Virus record (IMG/VR): IMGVR_UViG_3300043427_001127
Span: 1 to 64,000 of that record
Length of the DNA: 64,000 bases
Source: a virus
Strand: one strand, 5' to 3'
Position numbers and translations under genes: made by a program. The notes below the pieces were generated by a model. It was not told the DNA's origin. It saw only the letters and a list, made by a program, of their open reading frames with translations, and searched no databases. Shown piece by piece: positions 37,401-46,600 of this stretch; within the stretch, counting starts at the first letter, position 1; every line of letters begins with the position of its first letter.

Positions 37401-40400
37401 AGAATACACAACTATTTGATACTAATGGTACTGCGGTTGAGAAGTTTGTTGCTCAAACACCAGAACAAACAGTAACCTTTACATATACTGGCAGCAGTGT
37501 AGAGAAGAATACTGAGTCTTATGTTGGTACTGGTCAGGCAACATTAGATGTATTCTCAGAACTCAGAAAACTCATACCAGCATATGTTGGATTTGGTTTC
37601 GCTTTCACAACCAATGGTTCTGCAGAAGCGTTTGGTGCAAACCCACCAGAGAATACACAACTATTCCAAGTATCTGGTGCTGCTATAGTCAAGGTCAATC
37701 CAAAATGGAATGGTTCGGGTACTATCAATATTGATATTACATCGGTTGAGAAGCACACCGAATCCTATGTTGGCACAGGTACTCTATTTGAGTTCATTGA
37801 TTCGGATGAAAGCAGAACCTATGTCTATGATCTAAACGACGTAGTACCGTTCCTAGATGTTGATTATGGTTCTATCAGTGCTGCCGCATTTATAGAGATT
37901 GATTATGGTACTGTTGCTGGTGCATTCTCTGGTGGCGAAGTAGATTATGGCACAGTAATCTTCACCGAATCTGTACTACCATTCGGTTCAATCAACCTAA
38001 GTGGTGCTGCGATTGAAGCATTCTCTCCAAATACCCCAGAGAATACTCAGATCTTTGTTATCTCGGGCGCAGCTGTTGAGAAGAATACGGAATCTTACGT
38101 TGGTGTTGGAACTGAATCTATTACTGGTAGTGCAGTTGAGAAGAACACCGAAGATTATATTGGTGTTGGCAATCTCTTCAATGCTTCTGGTGCAGCAGAA
38201 TCTACTGGTGCCAACCCACCAGAAAATATCCAACTCTTCGCTACTAGTGGCAATGCAGTTGAGAAGTTCAGAGCGAACCCACCAGAAGATTTTGCACAGT
38301 TTATATTCTCTGGTGTTGCGGTAGAGAAGTTTACTACTCAAGGTGGCGAAGATACTCAGCTCTTTACTCTCAGTGGATCTGCAGTTGAAAGGAATACTGA
38401 ATCTTATGTTGGTACTGGAACTCTATTTGAGATTGTTGATAAGATTGAAAGTAGAACGTATGACTACACTGTATCTCAATCCAATCTACTAAGTGTAGAT
38501 GATTATGGATTGATTACTGATGCCATTACTTCTTCCGAAGATTATGGCACTGTTGACATAGCATTCACACAAACTGAATCATATGGTGCAGTAGACTTTG
38601 ATTTCTTATTCCTAAGAGGAACTGCCTCAGAATCTTTTGGAGAAGGATTATATACTGCTTCTGGTACTATTACTATCAGTGGTTTTGGCAAGGTACGCGA
38701 GATTCCACGTTGGGTCAGCAAGGATGGCACAATCACTATCAGTGGCACTGGTACAGTACCTGTATCCGTTGCTGAAATCGGATCTGGTAATCTATTTACA
38801 TCATCTGGTGCTGCTGAAGTATTTGGTGCGAACCCACCAGAAAATATTCAGCTATTCCAAACAAGCGGAACAGCAACAGAGAAGTTCAGAGCAAACCCAC
38901 CAGAAGACTTTGCTCAGTTTACATTCTCTGGTGTTGCTATCGAGTCTGCTGGATTCAATCCACCAGAGAATACACAAAATATTTCCGTAACTGGTGTTGC
39001 TGTTGATGTAACTTCTGTATCTGAGATTGGCACTGGATCTCTATTCACTGCATTTGGTGCTGCTGAAGTATTTGGTGCAAATCCACCAGAATCCACACAA
39101 CTCTTTGTCTACTCAGGTGTTGCTACCGAGAAGAACACAGAGTCTTATATTGGCGCAGGAACAACTGAGATTGACGTTACACACACAATGCGTTTCGTTC
39201 CAAACTGGATCGGTAATGGAACAATCAATATTGATGTCGAATCTACTGAAAAGAATACCGAATCTTATGTTGGTTCTGGTAACGCATTCACATTTATTGA
39301 TTCTGAAGAGAGAAGAACTTACGATTACACAGTTGAAACTGTCGAAGTTGTCAATGAGTATAGAAATCTTATTAAGGATGCTACAACATCCACAGAAGAT
39401 TATGGTCTGATTTCTTCTATTGCCAGTGAGTTTATTGATAACGGCACTACAGTAAGAAACTACATTGAGATTATTCCAACTTCTATTGTTCGCTCAACTC
39501 CCAGAGAGATTGCTTCTGGTTCTCTATTTGCAACATCTGGTGCTGCAGAAGTCTTTGGAGTCAACCCACCAGAGAATACACAGCTATTCACATACACTGG
39601 TGCTGCTTCTGACATCAAGCACACTGAGTCCTGGGTCGGTACTGGATCTCAAACTCTCACAGGTGAAGGTGACGAAGATCTCGTCAAGTCCTTCGTTGGA
39701 TCTGGTGTTCTCGTTAGCATCAGTGGATCAATCTTCTTCATTGGTTACTTCCCATATACTGATTATATTACATTCTTCACATCTGGTGCTGCTTCTTATA
39801 AGGAAGTCAACGCCTTCAATGGAACTGGCACAACAACCACATCTGGTTCTGCTGTAGTTACAAACACAGAATCTTATGTCGGTACTGGATCTCTATTCGG
39901 ATTTAGTGGTGCTGCTGAGTCTGTAACTTATGTTTACAATATTGATGTTGTTATCGGATTTAATGAAGTTGATTATGAGTTTGTTACTGAGATTCCATCT
40001 ATTGACATTGATTATGGATCTGTCGCTCTACCACCAACTAGCGGCATATTTGATTATGGATATATTCGTTACGAAGAAACTATTATTGGTGCGACAGGTC
40101 AGTTTACTTTCGGTGGTTCTGCAGTTGAAAGCAACACAGAAAGATACATTGGTACTGGCAGCACTTCTATTGATGTATTCTCAACCGAAAGAAACACAGA
40201 AAGCTTCAACGGTTCTGGTAACCTATTCACCGCATCTGGATCTGCTGAAGTATTCGGCGCTAATCCCCCAGAAAACACTCAACTCTTCTCTGTATCTGGC
40301 GTTGGCAATACTAGAGAGATTGCAGTCTACACAGCATCTGCATCTGGCACAACCACTCTCAGTGGAGCAGCGGTTGAGAGAAATACCGAAGATTATGTTG

Positions 40401-43400
40401 GTGATAATCCAATCTTTACGATTGATGTATTCTCCACAGAGAAGAACACTGAAGCATTTGCTGGCACAGGAACAGAGACACTCAGCGGTGTTGGCGCAGA
40501 GAAGAACACCGAGTCCTACGTTGGAACTGGCACCTTCTCTGTTCTGTCTGGCGCAGTGGAAGCATTTGGTGCTAATCCACCAGAGAACACTCAACTATTC
40601 ACTTACACTGGAGCTGCTACAGAGAAGAACACTGAGTCTTATGTTGGTGTTGGAACTGAATCTATTACTGGAACAGCAGTTGAAAAGAACACCGAAGCAT
40701 TCGTTGGTTCTGGCACAGAGACTTTAAGTGGTGCTGGTATTTACAATACCACCGAAGTTTACATCGGTACTGGTGTTGTTTCTACAATCTCTGGTGCTGC
40801 TGAAGCATTTGGTGCCAACCCACCAGAAGATATTACACTATTCACCTACACTGGAGCTGCGGTAGAGAAGAACACCGAGTCCTACGTTGGCACAGGATCC
40901 ACAACTGCAAGCGGTGTCTGTGTAGAGAAGAATACGGAAGCGTTTGTTGGATCTGGTTCCTTATCCACTGTTTCTGGTGCGGCAGAATCTTTCACTGTCA
41001 ATCCACCAGAAAATACACACCTCTTCGTCTCTTCTGGTGTCGCAGAAACTAGAGTTATCTATCTCTACAGATTTGAAACAGACGGTCAAGGAACATACAC
41101 AATCTCCGTATCTCATGTTGAGAGAAATACAGAAGCATATGTTGGTACTGGTTCTACCACTGCTTCTGGTGTTGCCATTGAGAAGAACACAGAGACATTC
41201 ACTGGATCTGGCGAACTCTTCACATTCAATGGTGCTGCAGAAAGCAGAACAATCAACCCAGAAGAAGACGTTGTTCTCTACACCTTTGTTGGTACAGCAA
41301 CCGAGAAGAACACAGAATCTTGGGTTGGTACTGGAACAGAGACACTATCTGGTACTGCAAAAGAAAAGAATACAGAAGTATATGTTGGCACTGGAACTAC
41401 CACTGCTTCTGGTATTGCTGCGGAGAAGAACACCGAAGTTTACATCGGTACTGGTTCTGTTTCTACTCTATCTGGGGCTGCAGAAGCATTCGGTGTCAAT
41501 CCACCAGAGAATACACATCTATTCGTTTACTCTGGTGCTGCCACAGAAAGAAATACAGAGGCATATGTCGGTACGGGCACAGAGACACTCAGCGGCACAG
41601 CAGTAGAGAAGAATACAGAGTCCTATGTTGGCACTGGATTTATCACTGCTCTATCTGGTGCAGCGGAAGCATTCTCCGCTCAGACACCAGAGAATACGAT
41701 TCTCTTCACATTCTCTAGCTCTGCTGCTGAAGCATTCGTTGCTCAACCACCAGAAGACTTTGCTCAACTTACATTCTCTGGTTTCATCACAGAGAGAAAT
41801 ACAGAAGCACACTTTGGTACTGGCACTGCAACTCTCAGCGGCACGGCAGTTGAGAAGAACACTGAAGCATACAACGGCACAGGAACTCTCACTGCTTCTG
41901 GTGTTGGACTCGAAGCATTTGCGTGGGCAAACTACAACGGAACTGGCTCTCTATTTGCTATCAGTGGTGCTGCAGAGGCATTTGGTGCAAACCCACCAGA
42001 AGATACCTCACTCTTCACCTTCACTGGATTCTCTGTTGTTCTCAATACATACAGCGAAGTTGGCACTGGCACAGAGTTTGTTACTGGCACTGCGATTGAG
42101 AAGAATACAGAATCCTACGTTGGCACTGGTCAACTCTTCAACTACGATGGTTCCGCAGAAAGCAGAACAATCAACCCAGAAGAAAATACTATACTGTACA
42201 CATTTGTCGGATCAGCAGAAGAATCCTTCACCACTCAAGTCGATGAAACGACGCAAATCTTTACTATTAGTGGATCAGCTGTCGAAAGAAACACAGAAAC
42301 ATATTATGGATATGAACAGTATATTACTGGCGGATCTGCTGTTGTTATAGCATACAGATCATATATTGCATCTGGTTCTCTATTTGCAACATCTGGTGCC
42401 GCAGAAGTATTTGGTGTAAATCCACCAGAAAACACACAGATCTTTACTTACAGTGGTGTTGGATTTGAAAGCACAACTAATGTTTACTATCCAGAAGGAT
42501 ACATTTATATCGATATTGATTCTGTTGTCACGGAGACAAAAACATATACTGGTTCTGGTTCTATCTCCAACTTCAGTGGTGCTGCCGAATCTACTGGAGC
42601 AAATCCACCAGAAAATATCCAGCTATTTGTTTACTCTGGTTCTGCTACCGAGAAGAACACCGAATCTTATGTCGGTCTATGTGACATCTCTGTTGATGTA
42701 TTCTCTGTTGAGAGAAATACCGAAACATACGATGCGACTGGAACAGCAACCCTCACTGGCACTGCAGACCAGAGCAATACAGAATCTTATGTAGCATCTG
42801 GCTCGCTATTTGCTATCAGTGGTGCTGCCGAGGCATTCGGTGTCAACCCACCAGAAGATACAGTTCTTTACACATTCACTGGTGCTGCAACAGAGAAGAA
42901 TACAGAATCCTACGAGGGTTCTGGTTCACTTTACAATGTAGGAAGTGGTGCTATCACCAGAGCAGTTGCTATCAACAACACCATTTACGTTACTATCACT
43001 GGTGATTCTGGTGATGCGAGAGCAAGAGTATTTGTTGCTTCTGGCACAGCAACTCTATCTGGCACTGGTGCAGAAAGTTACACTCGTGCTACTTACATTG
43101 CTACTGGCACAGAAACTATTTCTGGAGCAGCAACAGAAAGAAACACAGAATCTTATGTTGGTTCTGGTTCTCTATTTGGTTTCAGTGGTGCTGCAGAATC
43201 CACGGCAGTCGTTCCAACCAGCAATATCTTTGCAACATTCTCTGGTTCTGCTGGTATTGTCAGAACAAATATTGTCATTGGAGATGGCACACTATTCGCG
43301 TTTGATGGTGCTGCTGAGTCTGTTGGAAGAAGACCAGAAAATGATACTGTTCTATTTACAACTAGTGGAGAATCTCAGATTCTATGGAATCCTTTCCGCC

Positions 43401-43429
43401 CACCAAGAAGTTACGTCACCATTATCTAA
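34409..43429 (+). CDS. 3006-aa repetitive structural protein (20/21-aa repeats, DYG blocks, reelin-like insert)
   Basis: Repeats EKNTESYVGTG and SGAAEAFGANPPENTQLF throughout. Confidence 0.85.
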   Translation: MASYVYDSNDSYPFSSVDNGFVYVRPATSTEDFGAINVSATSQESYAEITVKQNNDTAFGFATVNGTAKYYKPKKYSYSSSSDNLFAEEDNGLITNAKTSTDDYGTLTAEDGISVREDRYRIDVSQTILAMEPGYTYSSASALVAFVEKTDASTLLLSIYGGSSLTGVTAAISKVAIAWVGNGTPFEIGGSANEIVKAFSTVGTSGPLRLDVASTEAHIRSYDFENVLPFNIVDYGSLGLVSNPDIDFGFVSQPNAGGEKDYGLIVNDSEETPFGLYETNGIGLESFSKQTPAETVPFTLSGEVVLPLAVSIKGVGSVNLSGAAVEKNTEDYVGTGNLFNTSGAAEVFGANPPEDFSLFDITGSAAEKNTERYIGNSIVSITLSTSSNKINTNSFIGVSISGSGTGVGANGGFNIGSHFKFDGVGARRLDLQPLNVGSYNTIQFTAIRGNDNNGGEDPDTSTESLVLQYSINNGNTFTNVGNIVTYNDASFNNLKSVSLVIPNDAKTSSTIFRISQSSSSGTGFDNYGITEISLLSSPPTSIVFSNGYTNLKFTSGAGETTQLFALSGSGVEKNTEDYVGTGSTSISVVSVEKNTETYVAELAGNVTDLFASYGDLTAVTESEDYGLITQSATNVDYRYLSSDYYDINGAAVEKFIAQTPENTQLFTFSGAGVEKFTSQGGETTQLFQFTGAAIEKNTEDYVASGTFSTFSGAAESVTYRYSFDSFIPFTEFDYGSVTQSPTNDIDLGSVSAPNTGGEKDYGSITFINEVVPYGLWTTSGFAIELFSKNIVDNGGTITLSGEVVLPLAVSIIGVGSVNLTGSAVEKNTESYVGIGNLFNTSGAAEAFGANPSEDFSLYDISGTATEKFRANPPEDFAQFTLSGAYSNLKFTTQGGETTQLFSISGAAVEKNRESYVGTGSTSIDVTKVEKNTESYTVAQASIHVLSDYGDLRESAGSTEDFGLITSAATEFETAGSVVRDYLKLFGYAVEKLVAQTPENTQLFDTNGTAVEKFVAQTPEQTVTFTYTGSSVEKNTESYVGTGQATLDVFSELRKLIPAYVGFGFAFTTNGSAEAFGANPPENTQLFQVSGAAIVKVNPKWNGSGTINIDITSVEKHTESYVGTGTLFEFIDSDESRTYVYDLNDVVPFLDVDYGSISAAAFIEIDYGTVAGAFSGGEVDYGTVIFTESVLPFGSINLSGAAIEAFSPNTPENTQIFVISGAAVEKNTESYVGVGTESITGSAVEKNTEDYIGVGNLFNASGAAESTGANPPENIQLFATSGNAVEKFRANPPEDFAQFIFSGVAVEKFTTQGGEDTQLFTLSGSAVERNTESYVGTGTLFEIVDKIESRTYDYTVSQSNLLSVDDYGLITDAITSSEDYGTVDIAFTQTESYGAVDFDFLFLRGTASESFGEGLYTASGTITISGFGKVREIPRWVSKDGTITISGTGTVPVSVAEIGSGNLFTSSGAAEVFGANPPENIQLFQTSGTATEKFRANPPEDFAQFTFSGVAIESAGFNPPENTQNISVTGVAVDVTSVSEIGTGSLFTAFGAAEVFGANPPESTQLFVYSGVATEKNTESYIGAGTTEIDVTHTMRFVPNWIGNGTINIDVESTEKNTESYVGSGNAFTFIDSEERRTYDYTVETVEVVNEYRNLIKDATTSTEDYGLISSIASEFIDNGTTVRNYIEIIPTSIVRSTPREIASGSLFATSGAAEVFGVNPPENTQLFTYTGAASDIKHTESWVGTGSQTLTGEGDEDLVKSFVGSGVLVSISGSIFFIGYFPYTDYITFFTSGAASYKEVNAFNGTGTTTTSGSAVVTNTESYVGTGSLFGFSGAAESVTYVYNIDVVIGFNEVDYEFVTEIPSIDIDYGSVALPPTSGIFDYGYIRYEETIIGATGQFTFGGSAVESNTERYIGTGSTSIDVFSTERNTESFNGSGNLFTASGSAEVFGANPPENTQLFSVSGVGNTREIAVYTASASGTTTLSGAAVERNTEDYVGDNPIFTIDVFSTEKNTEAFAGTGTETLSGVGAEKNTESYVGTGTFSVLSGAVEAFGANPPENTQLFTYTGAATEKNTESYVGVGTESITGTAVEKNTEAFVGSGTETLSGAGIYNTTEVYIGTGVVSTISGAAEAFGANPPEDITLFTYTGAAVEKNTESYVGTGSTTASGVCVEKNTEAFVGSGSLSTVSGAAESFTVNPPENTHLFVSSGVAETRVIYLYRFETDGQGTYTISVSHVERNTEAYVGTGSTTASGVAIEKNTETFTGSGELFTFNGAAESRTINPEEDVVLYTFVGTATEKNTESWVGTGTETLSGTAKEKNTEVYVGTGTTTASGIAAEKNTEVYIGTGSVSTLSGAAEAFGVNPPENTHLFVYSGAATERNTEAYVGTGTETLSGTAVEKNTESYVGTGFITALSGAAEAFSAQTPENTILFTFSSSAAEAFVAQPPEDFAQLTFSGFITERNTEAHFGTGTATLSGTAVEKNTEAYNGTGTLTASGVGLEAFAWANYNGTGSLFAISGAAEAFGANPPEDTSLFTFTGFSVVLNTYSEVGTGTEFVTGTAIEKNTESYVGTGQLFNYDGSAESRTINPEENTILYTFVGSAEESFTTQVDETTQIFTISGSAVERNTETYYGYEQYITGGSAVVIAYRSYIASGSLFATSGAAEVFGVNPPENTQIFTYSGVGFESTTNVYYPEGYIYIDIDSVVTETKTYTGSGSISNFSGAAESTGANPPENIQLFVYSGSATEKNTESYVGLCDISVDVFSVERNTETYDATGTATLTGTADQSNTESYVASGSLFAISGAAEAFGVNPPEDTVLYTFTGAATEKNTESYEGSGSLYNVGSGAITRAVAINNTIYVTITGDSGDARARVFVASGTATLSGTGAESYTRATYIATGTETISGAATERNTESYVGSGSLFGFSGAAESTAVVPTSNIFATFSGSAGIVRTNIVIGDGTLFAFDGAAESVGRRPENDTVLFTTSGESQILWNPFRPPRSYVTII

Positions 43430-43432
43430 TCT

Positions 43433-43440
43433 TATAAATA
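43433..43440 (+). promoter_or_regulatory. Late promoter TATAAATA
   Basis: Exact consensus before ORF 43471. Confidence 0.85.
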
Positions 43441-43470
43441 AGAAAAGAAAGCACTAGGATAGGTATCTCC

Positions 43471-43659
43471 ATGACTACTAGAGTCAAACTAAGAAGAGGA
43501 ACTACCGCTGAGCACGCTGCTTTTACTGGAGCGGAAGCGGAAATCACATTTGATACGGATAAAAGTACTGTAATCATGCACGATGGAGTAACTCAAGGAG
43601 GATTTGAAGTAGCAAAGCAGAGTACCTCACTTGCCCTGTCAATCGCCCTAGGTGGTTAA
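43471..43659 (+). CDS. Stand-alone Mtd_N-like (major tropism determinant N-terminal) domain protein, 62 aa
   Basis: LRRGTTAEHAAFTGAEAEITFDTDK....HDGVTQGG. Confidence 0.75.
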   Translation: MTTRVKLRRGTTAEHAAFTGAEAEITFDTDKSTVIMHDGVTQGGFEVAKQSTSLALSIALGG

Positions 43660-43688
43660 TCAGTAAAAAATATTCAGAGATATAAAAA

Positions 43689-46600
43689 ATGGCAAAACGT
43701 TTAGTATTTAAATCTACATTTTCCCCTTCAACCAATGAAGTAACTATTGAGGGAAATATTCGTAGAAGAAGACTTCTTCTCATCACTAATGTAAGTAAAA
43801 ATATTATTATCTACAACTTTGCTGAACCAACCCTAGGTGCAACAACATTTAGTTTTGATCCAGTAGAAGAAGAGACAACAATCACTCTGGTGAAAGATTG
43901 TTCTGCTATGGATGAAGATGACACTCTTCAGATCTTCTACGAAGAAGATGCCGTAGCATTTGAACCAGACGAAGCATATACTGACCCTGTATCAAAGTTC
44001 AGAATCTCTGAAGCTCAGACTCTGATTGACACGGACTTTGAATATGGTCTTCAGTCAACCAAGTGGGAAACGATTGAAATGTTAAACAACATTCCATCGT
44101 TCTTTAGTAGAAGTGGCGACACTCCATTGGTTGTGACAGAAGTTGCTGTAACTAACGATAACGATACGATTATCGTAACAGCTCCTTCACATGGTCTTTC
44201 TGTAGGTACTCCACTTGACGTTCGTGGTCTTAGTGTAACTACACTAGAAGGTAGCTACATTATCAAAAACGTACTAGACACAGATAGATTCACATTTGTT
44301 GCCAGAGAGAAAGCAACATTTACTGGATCTGTTTTTGGTTCATATACAACTATTACTCCTGGACAGTTTTATCAAGGTTCTCAAGTTCCTTATAAATCTA
44401 TTTTTACTGATGCGGTAAACCCATCAACCATTACGATTGAAACTCCATATCCATCTGGGTTTGTTAATGGAGCTGCATTCTATCTAACTAACACCATTGC
44501 TCTCAGTAACATTTCATTTGATGCTACTCTGGTCGATATCACTGATACCTTGACAACAACTGCAACTGTTAACCCAACAGGAACACAGTCTATTGGAACA
44601 TTAGATTCTTATAATGTAACTATTTGGGATAAGCAAGGATTATCTGGTGTTTCAAATACCAAAGCATTTACTAGTGACGCTGTTGATGCAACAACAAATA
44701 ATATTACACTAACTGCACACGGATTCTCTGATAACCAAGCAGTAGTTATTTTTCCTGCGTCTGGTGCTACAATGCCTGGCGGTGTAACAGGTGGTCGTGC
44801 ATATGTTCTCAGAACTATTGACGCCAATACTTTCTATCTAACAAGATACTGGAGTTCAACAACTAAAGTAGATATTACTTCTCAAGGTAGTGGACAGTTT
44901 GCTATTGTTAGAGCGCATGGTGTAAGAAGCATCAACTATAGCAACGATCAAATCAAGTTCTTTGATAATCCTGGATGGGCTAGTTCACAGAGATTTGTTT
45001 ACTACAGAGGTGATCAAAGCCCTGCTCTCATTCAGCAATCATCTGCTGGTACTACTGGTCCTGCTGATGCTGTTGGCACTATCGCAGACTGGTATACTGC
45101 GGATTCAGCAAACTTAACCAGTACATATTTTGTTACTGGTGGTGCTTCTGCAGATTGGACCATCAACTCAACTTCAACTGGTGCATATAATGTTACTGAA
45201 GGTCCACTTCTAGCAATCAACTCACTCAGAAAAGAGTTTGGTTCATTTAGTGGAACTGGAAGTATTAGCGGAACAACACTAACTATTTCTTCTGTTACTG
45301 ATGGTCGCTTAGCTATTGGAAGCGTTCTATTTGGCGGTACTCCTGCGATTACAGCTAGCACCAGAATCACTGCTTTCGGAACTGGAACTGGTGGGATTGG
45401 AACATACACCGTCAACAACAGTCAAACTACTTCTGGCACGATTACTGGCAACTTACAGTATGAACCAGATTCTCTTGGCGTTACTATTTTAAATGCAACT
45501 TCTCGCAAGGGAACTCAACATGGTGGATCAAACAGTGGCATTGCCCTTGTAACACCAAACATGATTTCTGGTAACTTTATTAACTTTGGCTCTGGTACTT
45601 CTGTATTTACCGATGGTACTGGTGTCGCAGTTATTCCTCTTCCAGGAACAACTCTACCTACTGGTCTAGTTGCTGGCAGAGCATATGCCATCAGAACCAC
45701 TGGAGTTGCTAGTGCTACACCAGCAGCTCCTGCTCTTACATTAGTACAAAACGGAACAACTGCACAAACACTATCTGGTTTCAGTGGACCTGGATTCCTA
45801 CTCGTTGCTGGTATGGTTATTAACTCAGTTGCATCTGGTAGTGCTACCATTACCATGCAAGGTACTGATGTTAACAACAACAACGCTGGTAGAGGATTCT
45901 TAATTAACGGAAACCTTGACCAAAAGTTTGTTTACTATAGAGGTCCATCACTAAACGTTCTATCTTCAACTGGTAACGTATTCCAAGGTGCGGAAGCAAA
46001 CACTGCTCAATGGTATAATAGTGCTGTAAGTAGTACATTTATTGGATCTGTAAGTACAACAAACGCAAGTGCTACAATCACAGTTAGTGGATCACCAACT
46101 GCAATCACAGGAACTTTAGAAATCGGTTCTGCTATTTCTGGTCCTGGTATTCCTAATGGAGCATTTATTCTTGCCTTCGGAACTGGTACTGGTGGTGCTG
46201 GAACATATACAATGAGTGCAGCAGCTACTTCTACAACCAGTGGTGTAATCACTGCAGTAAATACTACCTTAGGAACTACTTATTTCTCCAGGTCTTATCC
46301 AGCTGCTACTACAATGACTCTTGCGACGACAAGAGGTGGTACAGCATTTACATTCAGTGCTGCTTACACATTTGCAGCTGGTGGTCAGATTCACCTACTT
46401 GTTCCTTATCGTTCACTTGAAACTGCTTCCACTATTTTCCACGCAAATCATGGATACAGTGATAACGATGTTGTAAGATACGATGCCAATGGAAACACTG
46501 CTATTCCTGGTCTCACAACAAATACTGATTACTTCGTAAGACGCTATGATGCCAACAGATATGGTCTATCACTAGCATCTAATGGTGTTAGAATAAACCT

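Noticed and set aside
36909-43457. Long Leu/Gln-rich alternative-frame ORFs within the repeat gene as overprinted genes
   Set aside because: Expected by-product of repetitive GGT/GCT/ACT codon use lacking off-frame stops; no RBS or promoters.
43471-43700. Stop read-through fusing the 62-aa ORF to the 2194-aa ORF
   Set aside because: The two ORFs are in different frames, and the downstream gene has its own ATG.
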